The notes: generated by a model from the sequence alone, not told the origin. A DNA stretch of 64,000 bases from Lysobacter sp. (GCF_035655815.1 NZ_DASRTS010000035.1:26050-90049); one strand, 5' to 3'. Shown: positions 8,908 to 15,997, counted from the stretch's first letter. A program made the numbers and translations.

Positions 8908-8983
8908 CACTGGATAGCTCAGTCGGGTAGAGCATCAGGTTCATCACCTGAGTGTCGCGGGTTCGATTCCCGCTCCAACGACC
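8908..8983 (+). ncRNA. tRNA-like element 2 (non-canonical: weak acceptor stem, CAT-type loop with C at position 37)
   Basis: It starts with zero spacer after element 1. D-arm is TA GCTC AGTCGGGTA GAGC. Anticodon arm is TCAGG-TTCATCA-CCTGA. Variable loop is GTGTC. T-arm is GCGGG TTCGATT CCCGC. Acceptor CACTGGA / TCCAACG pairs at only 5 of 7 positions. The 3' end is ACC-T, so no CCA is encoded. Confidence 0.6.
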
Positions 8984-9392
8984 TGTCACGTCGTTATCCA
9001 AGGGCGAAAGCCCACAACGGAAACACCCCGCGCGGTGTTCCACCGGCACGTCGCCATGTGCGTCGTGCACAACGGAACGCCGCAGCGGTGACATCGCCGA
9101 CCTGTTGCCCTCGAAGCATGAGCGACGGTTGTACGAACGCAATCCTGGCAGCGTCATCGCCATGGAGCGCGGAACGCAGCCGCCGCGTGCAGGCAGCGCA
9201 ACGGGGCCGCGATGTTGGCGTGGGGTGTTTCCATCTTCTTCTTTTCCTCCTGTCTGCAGGAGGGAGCGTGCTCGGTTTGGCGCATGCGCCGACGTATGCC
9301 GCAACCCTCTTCCAGCGAAGAGCAGCATAAGCAACGCGACAACCGATCCCTCGCGCACAAGCGGATCGGACCACCAGAGCCAACAAGGAGAC

Positions 9393-10526
9393 ATGAAGAT
9401 GTTCTGGACCAAGAGGGTCGTGATCGGTGACGGCGAGCGCGGCCTGGTGTATCGCAACCGTCAACTCGAAGCCGTGCTGAAGCCCGGCGTGTACAGCTGG
9501 TTCGATCCGCTGGACCGGATCGAAGTGAAGCTGCACAACATCGTGCTGCGCCCGGAATACGTGGGCAGCGACGAGAGTGCGCTGATCGATCGCCTCGGCG
9601 ATGCGCTCGGCGAGACCTTCGTGCTGGCCGACATCGGCATGGACGAGGTCGGCCTGGTACTGAAGAACGGCAGGATCGAAGAGGTCCTGGCGCCCGGCGA
9701 GCGTCGCCTGTACTGGAAGGGCCCGGTGTCGGTGGAGGTTCGCACGCTGTCGCTGGACGAGACGCTGGAAGTTCCGGCGGCGGTCGCCGCGCGCCTGCGC
9801 CAGTTGTCCTCGCTGGAGCGTGTGGCGGTGGTGCTGGCGGTGCCGGCGGAGTTCGCCGGCCTGGTCTTCATCGACGGCAGGCTGGCGCGCGTGCTCGATC
9901 CGGGCACCTACGCGTTCTGGAACTTCCGCCGCAACGTCGTGGCACAGTCGGTCGATCTGCGCGTGCAGTCGATCGACGTGTCGGGCCAGGAGCTGCTGAC
10001 GCGCGACAAGGTGAGCCTGCGCGTCAATCTGGCCGCCAGCTTCCGCGTCACCGACGCGGTGGCCGCGATCACGCGCGTCGCCAAGTACGGCGAGTACGTG
10101 TACCGCGAGCTGCAGTTCGGCCTGCGCAAGGCGATCTCCGCCAAGACGCTGGACGAACTGCTGGGCGACAAGGCCTCGCTGGACGCCGACATCTTCGGCT
10201 ACGTGCGCGGCCGCACCGGCGAACTCGGCATCCAACTGCTCGGCGTGGGCGTCAAGGACGTGATCCTGCCGGGCGAGATGAAGGAGATCCTCAACAGCGT
10301 CGTGCAGGCGGAGAAGGCGGCCCAGGCCAACGTGATCCGTCGTCGCGAGGAGGCGAACGCCACGCGTTCCCTGCTCAACACCGCACGTCTGATCGAGGAG
10401 AGCCCGGTGCTGATGCGCCTGAAGGAGCTGGAGGCTCTGGAGAAGGTGACCGAGAAGATCGACAAGCTGACTGTGTTCGGCGGCCTGGATGGCCTGATGA
10501 AGCAGTTGGTGAGCCTGAAGCAGTAA
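9393..10526 (+). CDS. SPFH/Band-7 (stomatin/prohibitin-like) protein, apparently soluble, with a triplicated N-terminal repeat
   Basis: AAGGAG RBS at 9385-9390 and ATG at 9393. The C-terminal half has an SPFH-like core (LLTRDKVSLRVNLAASFRV ... GIQLLGVGVKDVILPGEM ... AEKAAQANVIRRREE coiled coil). There is no N-terminal hydrophobic anchor. The 524-aa track ORF is an upstream over-extension across the tRNA-like elements. Confidence 0.85.
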   Translation: MKMFWTKRVVIGDGERGLVYRNRQLEAVLKPGVYSWFDPLDRIEVKLHNIVLRPEYVGSDESALIDRLGDALGETFVLADIGMDEVGLVLKNGRIEEVLAPGERRLYWKGPVSVEVRTLSLDETLEVPAAVAARLRQLSSLERVAVVLAVPAEFAGLVFIDGRLARVLDPGTYAFWNFRRNVVAQSVDLRVQSIDVSGQELLTRDKVSLRVNLAASFRVTDAVAAITRVAKYGEYVYRELQFGLRKAISAKTLDELLGDKASLDADIFGYVRGRTGELGIQLLGVGVKDVILPGEMKEILNSVVQAEKAAQANVIRRREEANATRSLLNTARLIEESPVLMRLKELEALEKVTEKIDKLTVFGGLDGLMKQLVSLKQ

Positions 10527-10641
10527 CCCGTGGGCCGGACGGATTCGGCCCGCGGACAGGCACGGACTGAGCAATCGCAACGACTGAAACACCGAATCAG
10601 AACGACGCCCGGCGTAGTGTCGGGCAGACAAGGACAACGTC

Positions 10642-11865
10642 ATGAACACGCAACACGATTACGAGCTCCTGCACGCCGAGGGTGCGTCCACGCCGATCAA
10701 GGGCTGGGTGCGCGGCGTGCCGGTCGAGGACAAGGCACGGCAGCAGCTGCGCAACATCGCCACCCTGCCCTTCGTCGGGCCGTGGGTGGCGGTCATGCCC
10801 GACGTGCACCTGGGCATTGGTGCGACGGTCGGATCGGTCGTGCCCACGCAGGGCGCGATCATCCCGGCCGCCGTCGGCGTCGACATCGGCTGCGGCATGG
10901 CCGCGGTCCGCACGACGCTGCGCGCCAGCGACCTGCCCGACGACCTGTCGCTGCTGCGCAATTCCATCGAGCGCAGCGTCCCGGTCGGCAACGGCCCGGG
11001 CGGCGATCATCGCCGCATTCCGGACAGCGTCGAGACGAGGCTCGCGCAGTCGGGCCTGATGGCACGGCTGGAGGTGATCCGTCGCAAGCATCCGAAGATC
11101 CGCCCCGACAAGGCGGACCGCCAGATCGGCACGCTGGGCGGCGGCAACCACTTCATCGAGATCTGCCTGGACGAGAGCGACGCGGTGTGGGTGATGCTGC
11201 ACTCGGGCTCGCGCGGCACCGGCAACCTCATCGGCACGTACTTCATCGAGCTGGCGCGCCGCCAGCTGGAGAAGCGCGTGCTCGGTTTCCACGTGCCCGA
11301 CCGCGACCTCGCGTTCTTTCTGGAAGGCGAGGACCTGTTCGCGGACTACGTGGAGGCGGTGTCGTGGGCGCAGGACTACGCGCGTGCCAACCGCGAGGCC
11401 ATGATGGGCCGCGTGCTGCACGAGATGCGCCACCGGCTGCCGAAGTTCCAGCTGGAGAAGGCGGCAGTGAACTGTCACCACAACTACGTCCAGCGCGAGG
11501 AGCACTTCGGCCAGCCGCTGCTGGTGACCCGCAAGGGCGCCGTCAGCGCACGCGAAGGCGAGCTGGGCATCATCCCGGGCAGCATGGGCGCACGCAGCTA
11601 CATCGTGCGCGGCAAGGGCAACGCGGACAGCTTCCACAGCTGCAGCCACGGCGCCGGCCGCGTGATGAGCCGCACCGCCGCCCGCGCGCAGATCACGCTG
11701 AAGCAGCACCGCGAGGCCACCGCACACGTCGAATGCCGCAAGGACGCCGGCGTGATCGACGAGTCACCCGCCGCGTACAAGGACATCGACGCGGTGATGG
11801 CCGCGCAGTCGGAGCTGGTGGACATCGTGCACACGCTGAGGCAGGTGGTGTGCGTGAAGGGGTGA
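10642..11865 (+). CDS. rtcB: RNA-splicing/repair ligase RtcB (3'-phosphate/5'-hydroxyl RNA ligase)
   Basis: 407 aa with MPDVHLGIG, GVDIGCGM, HSGSRGTGN, NCHHNY, IPGSMG and SCSHGAGR metal/GMP-histidine motifs. AAGGA RBS. It lies 115 nt downstream of the SPFH gene on the same strand. Confidence 0.95.
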   Translation: MNTQHDYELLHAEGASTPIKGWVRGVPVEDKARQQLRNIATLPFVGPWVAVMPDVHLGIGATVGSVVPTQGAIIPAAVGVDIGCGMAAVRTTLRASDLPDDLSLLRNSIERSVPVGNGPGGDHRRIPDSVETRLAQSGLMARLEVIRRKHPKIRPDKADRQIGTLGGGNHFIEICLDESDAVWVMLHSGSRGTGNLIGTYFIELARRQLEKRVLGFHVPDRDLAFFLEGEDLFADYVEAVSWAQDYARANREAMMGRVLHEMRHRLPKFQLEKAAVNCHHNYVQREEHFGQPLLVTRKGAVSAREGELGIIPGSMGARSYIVRGKGNADSFHSCSHGAGRVMSRTAARAQITLKQHREATAHVECRKDAGVIDESPAAYKDIDAVMAAQSELVDIVHTLRQVVCVKG

Positions 11866-12480
11866 GGCCACGCGCTTGCGAAGCGTAGCTTCGCGCGTGG
11901 CCGAACGCCCGGCCATGGATGGCCGGGCCGGGCGTTCCGGAGCCGATCGCGTTACGCCCTGGATGGCAGCGACACCTTCATCGAAGCACCGAACGCGGCC
12001 TGCCGCGCGGCAGGCCGAACGCCCGGCCATGGATGGCCGGGCCGGGCGTTCCGGAGCCGGTCGCGCTACGCCATGGAGGGCAGCGACACCTTCATCGAAG
12101 CAGCACGTGCGCCATGTCGCGCGTGGCCGAACGCCCGGCCATGGATGGGCGAGGAGGAATGCTTGCGCGCCACTGGCGCGCATTCCGACGAGCGCCCGGC
12201 CATGGATGGCCGGGCCGGGCTTTCCGAAGCCAGTCGCGTCGCGCCATGGATGGCAGCGACACGTTCATCGAAGCACCGAACGCGGCATGCCGTGCGACAA
12301 GCCGAACACCGGCCATGGATGGGCAAGGAGGAATGCTTGCGCGCCACTGGCGCGCGTTCCGACGAACGCCCGGCCATGGATTGGCCGGACCGGGGCTCCA
12401 AAGCCAGTCGCGCTACGCCATGGATGGCAGCCACACGTTCAATCGAAGCACCAAGCGCGGCATGTCGTCATTTCCGCAAG
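11866..12480. repeat. Mosaic array of palindromic intergenic repeat modules (BIME/REP-like), at least 6 core copies
   Basis: It starts with a 10-bp hairpin at 11866-11902. The core GAACGCCCGGCCATGGATGGCCGGGCCGGGCGTTCC recurs at about 11903, 12017, 12129, 12190, 12303 and 12364. A second module, CGCCATGGATGGCAGCGACAC.TTCATCGAAGCA, recurs 4 times. A third module, GGAGGAATGCTTGCGCGCCACTGGCGCGC.TTCCGACGA, recurs twice. Confidence 0.85.
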
Positions 12481-12602
12481 ACCGGAATCCACGGACCTTT
12501 TTTGAGCCTTGCTGTCCGCCTGCTGAAACATAGTTCCGCGCTAGCCTGGCTGGCAGAAGCTATGGCTCTCGTAATCAGGTGCACCGGGAAAGCGTGAAAC
12601 GT

Positions 12603-12630
12603 CCCTGGATCCCCGCCTTCGCGGGGACGA
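12603..12630. repeat. Solo diverged copy of the ATTCCC-N8-GGGAAT-type palindrome (GGATCCCCGCCTTCGCGGGGACGA)
   Basis: Palindrome TCCCCGC-CTTC-GCGGGGA. It is related to the termini of the elements at 34.1-34.4 kb. Confidence 0.5.
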
Positions 12631-12660
12631 GCAAAGGCAACAGCAACACCATCAGTAACG

Positions 12661-12715
12661 ACATCAAACATCAACAACATCAAACATCAACAACATCACG
12701 ACATCAGACATCAAT
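12661..12715. repeat. A/C-rich microsatellite: (ACATCAAACATCAACA) x2, then degenerate ACATCANN units
   Basis: Exact 16-nt duplication at 12661-12676 and 12677-12692, followed by ACATCACG, ACATCAGA and CATCAATG. Confidence 0.8.
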
Positions 12716-12923
12716 GCCGCGCGGCAGCCCGAACGCCCGACCATGAATGCCATCGATCTTCGTCGCATGCGGCGCATTACGCCTTCGGCTAATGCGCCCT
12801 ACGTGGATGGGCGGTACGGCCGGATATGACTCTGTATGGCGCAATAACATTGCGCCACGGCGCTCTCGATCTCCATCGCATGCGGCGCATTACGACCTAG
12901 CCTTTGCGCCCCACGTGGGTTTG

Positions 12924-13412
12924 TCAGGCGCGTCGCAATGCTCCCGGCGCAGCGGCGAAACGCATGGCCAGTTGCCAGAGCGCCGAGATCGCCAGGCATG
13001 CCACCACCAGCACGCTCCAGTCGGACGATGGCGTGGAGGAAGCCGGCCACAGCGCAGCAAACGCCGGCCACCACGACGCGCCGTAAGCATCGACGACCAC
13101 CATCGCCGCGACCACCAGCGCGCCCATCAACCCGCGCAACAGCCAGCGTTCCACGCGTTCGCCGAACATCTGCGCGTCGGCCACGCGCTGCACGATCTGC
13201 GCGGCCAGGTCGAACGGCAGCGGTTCCATCGCGGGCGTGCGCAATGCGCGCGCGATCAGCCGGTACTCGGCCAGGCGCGAATCGGCCGGGTCCAGCGGCA
13301 GGCCACGGCGTTCCTGTTGCAGCGCGCGTTCCTGCGCACGCCATTCCTCGTCGTGCCGGCGCCATCCGGCATCGTGCGGTGGATCGGGGCGTCGATCGTT
13401 CGTCGTGTTCAT
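12924..13412 (-). CDS. Putative anti-sigma factor / membrane protein co-transcribed with the ECF sigma factor
   Basis: 162 aa. Its ATG at 13410-13412 overlaps the sigma-factor stop (ATGA). It has a charged N-terminal region and two C-terminal hydrophobic helices (LMGALVVAAMVVV..., WSVLVVACLAISALW). No zinc-binding HxxxCxxC motif is visible. Confidence 0.6.
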   Translation of the reverse strand: MNTTNDRRPDPPHDAGWRRHDEEWRAQERALQQERRGLPLDPADSRLAEYRLIARALRTPAMEPLPFDLAAQIVQRVADAQMFGERVERWLLRGLMGALVVAAMVVVDAYGASWWPAFAALWPASSTPSSDWSVLVVACLAISALWQLAMRFAAAPGALRRA

Positions 13413-13978
13413 GCGGTCACTCCCATCCGGGCATGCAGGCGCTCGCGCAGACGCGCCCGGCTCCGGAACAGATGGCTCTTGATCGTACCTTCGGCGAGTC
13501 CGGTGATGCGGGCGATCTCGCCAATGGGCACTTCGTCCAGGTGATACAGCGTGAGCAGGGTCCGCTGCAGCGGCGGCAGGGCCTCGATCTCCTCGTGCAG
13601 GCCGGCCGCGATCTCGGCGTCCGCGCAGGCCGCCTCGATGTCGAACCCGTCGCTGACCTGGTCCAGCAGCGACACGCCGTCGTCGTCGCCCACCGGTTCG
13701 GCGATGGCGATGCGGCGCTTTTCCAGGTGACGCTTGGCCATGGAGTAGGCGACCTGGCCGATCCACGACTTCAGCGCGCTTTCGCCGCGGTACTGGTGCA
13801 GGCACTGGTGCACGCGCAGGAAGGTTTCCTGGCACAGCTCGCGGGTGTCTTCCGGCTGGCGGACCATGCGCTGGATGATGTGCCAGCACAGACCTTGGTA
13901 CTCGCGCACGAGCCGTTCGAACGCGCCGGGCACGTTGCCCAGCACGGCATCCACCAGAGCGCGATCGTCCTCGGTCAC
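13409..13978 (-). CDS. ECF-type RNA polymerase sigma factor (sigma-70 family, group 4)
   Basis: Region 2 (QETFLRVHQCLHQYRGESALKSWIGQVAYSMAKRHL) and region 4 HTH (LPPLQRTLLTLYHLDEVPIGEIARITGLAEGTIKSHLFRSRARLRE). Confidence 0.9.
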   Translation of the reverse strand: MTEDDRALVDAVLGNVPGAFERLVREYQGLCWHIIQRMVRQPEDTRELCQETFLRVHQCLHQYRGESALKSWIGQVAYSMAKRHLEKRRIAIAEPVGDDDGVSLLDQVSDGFDIEAACADAEIAAGLHEEIEALPPLQRTLLTLYHLDEVPIGEIARITGLAEGTIKSHLFRSRARLRERLHARMGVTA

Positions 13979-14120
13979 GGGGTTTCACCGGTCATGACCA
14001 TGTGGATACGCCGGGGAGGCCGATGGTTGCAACGGATCCTTCACGTCGCTGCTGCAACCGGGCCCGCCCCCGCCGTATCCATGGCCTCAGACCCACCCGA
14101 ACACTCGACGAGAGGCCGCC

Positions 14121-14447
14121 ATGGACTTCGAAACGCTGATCCCCATCACCCTGTTCATCTGCATCGCCTACGCCATCAAGGCCGTGGTCGATGCGCGCAC
14201 GCGCGCCAAGTTGATCGCCAGCAACGGCTCGGAAGAGCTGATCCGTTCGCTGGTGCAGGCCGAGGCGTTGCAGCGCCGGCATGCGTCGCTGCGCTGGGGC
14301 ATCCTGCTGCTGGCGGTGGCGCTGGGCTTCGCGCTGATAGAGGCGTTCGGCTGGCACGAAGTCACCCCTGGCGTGATCGCGGTGCTGCTGGCCGTGACGG
14401 GCGTGGGCAACCTGCTGGCGTACGCGGCGTCGCGCAAGCTGGGTTGA
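14121..14447 (+). CDS. Small integral membrane protein (3 predicted helices), hypothetical
   Basis: 108 aa. ATG with GAGAGG upstream. Hydrophobic segments IPITLFICIAYAI, WGILLLAVALGFALI and GVIAVLLAVTGVGNLLAY. Divergent from the ECF sigma operon. Confidence 0.6.
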   Translation: MDFETLIPITLFICIAYAIKAVVDARTRAKLIASNGSEELIRSLVQAEALQRRHASLRWGILLLAVALGFALIEAFGWHEVTPGVIAVLLAVTGVGNLLAYAASRKLG

Positions 14448-14515
14448 CGGAACGTTTGCCGCGTTGCTCCCCTTCGCCCGGAACATGACGCGAAGTGGAA
14501 GGCCGGCTCGCCGCC

Positions 14516-14950
14516 TCAGCGCCGGTCCAGCGTCGTACGCAGCACCGGCACCGTGGTGACGTCGTCCACGCCCTTGAAGCCGGCGATGCGTTCGCGCAGG
14601 TCGGCCAGTTGGCCCGGCGTGTCCACCTGCACCAGCACCAGCAGGTCCAGTTCACCGGCGACGCTGTGGCACAGGCGCACCTGCGGCAGCGAGGACAGCA
14701 GCGGCATCACGTCGTCGCAGCTGAAGCCGTCGGCGTAACGCAGCATCAGCCAGGCCTGCAACGGATCGCCACCGCTGCCCAGGCGCACGGTGTACTGGGC
14801 GATCACGCCGGCGTTTTCCAGCCGCTGCAGCCGCTCCTGCACCGTGGTGCGCGACAGGCCCACGGCCTTGGCCAGTGCGACGGTGGACAGCCGCGCGTTG
14901 TCCTGCAGCAGGGCGATGAGCTGGCGGTCGGTTTCGTCGAGGGTCTTCAT
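14516..14950 (-). CDS. Lrp/AsnC family transcriptional regulator
   Basis: MKTLDETDRQLIALLQDNARLSTVALAKAVGLSRTTVQERLQRLENAGVI (HTH) plus a C-terminal RAM/ASNC domain. Start set at ATG 14948-14950. Confidence 0.85.
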   Translation of the reverse strand: MKTLDETDRQLIALLQDNARLSTVALAKAVGLSRTTVQERLQRLENAGVIAQYTVRLGSGGDPLQAWLMLRYADGFSCDDVMPLLSSLPQVRLCHSVAGELDLLVLVQVDTPGQLADLRERIAGFKGVDDVTTVPVLRTTLDRR

Positions 14951-15047
14951 GCGGGGGAGCGGTGCCGGCGACACCGGCATTGTGCCGGGTTGAGACCGGC
15001 GTCGGCGAGCGCGCATCGTGGCGTCCTCCCACACGGCATCACCCAGC

Positions 15048-15413
15048 ATGAGCCACTCCCACGGCTTCGCCACGCTTCCGCCACCGCCCTATTACGCGGT
15101 GATCTTCTCCTCGCAGCGCAACGGCGCCGACGAGGACGGCTATGCGGCGACCGCCGCGCAGCTGTTCGATGCCGTGCACGGGCAACCGGGTTTTCTGGGC
15201 GCGGAATCGGCACGCGATGCGCAGGGCTTCGGCATCACGGTCGCCTACTTCGACAGCGAGGCCTCGATCGCCGCATGGCGCGACGACGCCGCGCACGCGG
15301 CCGCGCGCGAACATGGCCGTCGCCACTGGTATCACCACTACGAGCTTCGCATCGCCCGCGTCGAACGCGCCTACGGTGCACGCACGTCCGTCGCTGCGGA
15401 GGCCACGGCATGA
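15048..15413 (+). CDS. Antibiotic-biosynthesis-monooxygenase (ABM/Dabb fold) family protein
   Basis: YYAVIFSSQR...GFLGAES...ITVAYFDSEASIAAWRDD...H pattern typical of ABM domains. Divergent from the Lrp gene. An alternative GTG start lies at 15018. Confidence 0.65.
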   Translation: MSHSHGFATLPPPPYYAVIFSSQRNGADEDGYAATAAQLFDAVHGQPGFLGAESARDAQGFGITVAYFDSEASIAAWRDDAAHAAAREHGRRHWYHHYELRIARVERAYGARTSVAAEATA

Positions 15414-15982
15414 ATTTCGATGCACGCACCGCGCTGATTCCCATCGACGTGCAATGCGGATTCGATTTTCCGCCGTGGCTGGCGCGCAACAACCCGGCGA
15501 TGGAAACCAACGGCCTGCGCTTGCTCGACGCGTGGCGACGGGCCGGCCTGCCGTTGATCCACGTGCGCCACGATTCGGTGATGGCCGGTTCCTCGCTCGC
15601 ACCGGGTCATCCGGGCAACGCGCACCGCCCCGGCTTCGCGCCGCTGGAAGGCGAAGCGCTGGTCACCAAGTCGGTCAACGCCGCCTTCATCGGCACCGAT
15701 CTGGATCTGCGCCTGCGTCGCTTGGGCGTGGATACCGTGGTGCTGTTCGGCATCAGCACGGACATGTGCGTGTCGACCACCGCGCGCGTGGCGGCGAATC
15801 TCGGCTACCGCACGGTCGTGGTGGGCGATGCCTGCGCCTGCTTCGACCTGCCGGATGCGGACGGCCGCGTCATTCCCGCCGACCAGATCCAGCGCGCGCA
15901 CCTGGCCACGCTGCGCGCGGAGTTCGCGCAGGTGGTGGACACCGACGAGGCGATCGCCGCGCTGATGACCCGCGCGGCCTGA
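15410..15982 (+). CDS. Isochorismatase-family cysteine hydrolase
   Basis: ALIPIDVQ (Asp), K in VTKSVNAAF, and the nucleophile Cys in FGISTDMCVSTTAR. Its ATG overlaps the upstream stop (ATGA). Confidence 0.85.
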   Translation: MNFDARTALIPIDVQCGFDFPPWLARNNPAMETNGLRLLDAWRRAGLPLIHVRHDSVMAGSSLAPGHPGNAHRPGFAPLEGEALVTKSVNAAFIGTDLDLRLRRLGVDTVVLFGISTDMCVSTTARVAANLGYRTVVVGDACACFDLPDADGRVIPADQIQRAHLATLRAEFAQVVDTDEAIAALMTRAA

Positions 15983-15997
15983 TCCGCGCAAGGACAC

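Noticed and set aside
8838-8983. Annotating the two elements as ordinary tRNA genes (for example tRNA-Met/fMet because of CAT and the C1-A72 mismatch)
   Set aside because: Unit 1 has a 5-nt anticodon loop and a short anticodon/variable region. Unit 2 has two acceptor-stem mismatches and a pyrimidine at position 37. The two are fused with no spacer. I therefore call them tRNA-like ncRNAs, with pseudogenes as the alternative.
8952-10526. 524-aa ORF from the six-frame track
   Set aside because: The first 147 codons run through the tRNA-like element and the structured spacer with non-coding-like composition (Arg/Cys/Ser/Pro rich). A strong AAGGAG-ATG start at 9393 begins the SPFH homology.
11903-12480. 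Possible CRISPR array (regularly recurring ~35-nt palindromic repeat downstream of rtcB)
   Set aside because: The sequences between repeats are themselves repeated modules rather than unique spacers. Repeat copies are imperfect and the spacing is irregular (about 61-114 bp). There are no cas genes or leader. It fits a REP/BIME mosaic.
8181-12923. tRNA-targeted genomic island (tRNA-like fragments as attL/attR remnants)
   Set aside because: There is no integrase, excisionase or transposase. I could not find a direct repeat of the tRNA 3' half at the far end (11866-12923). The SPFH and rtcB genes show no obvious compositional shift by eye. I keep this as an alternative explanation in the findings rather than as a call.
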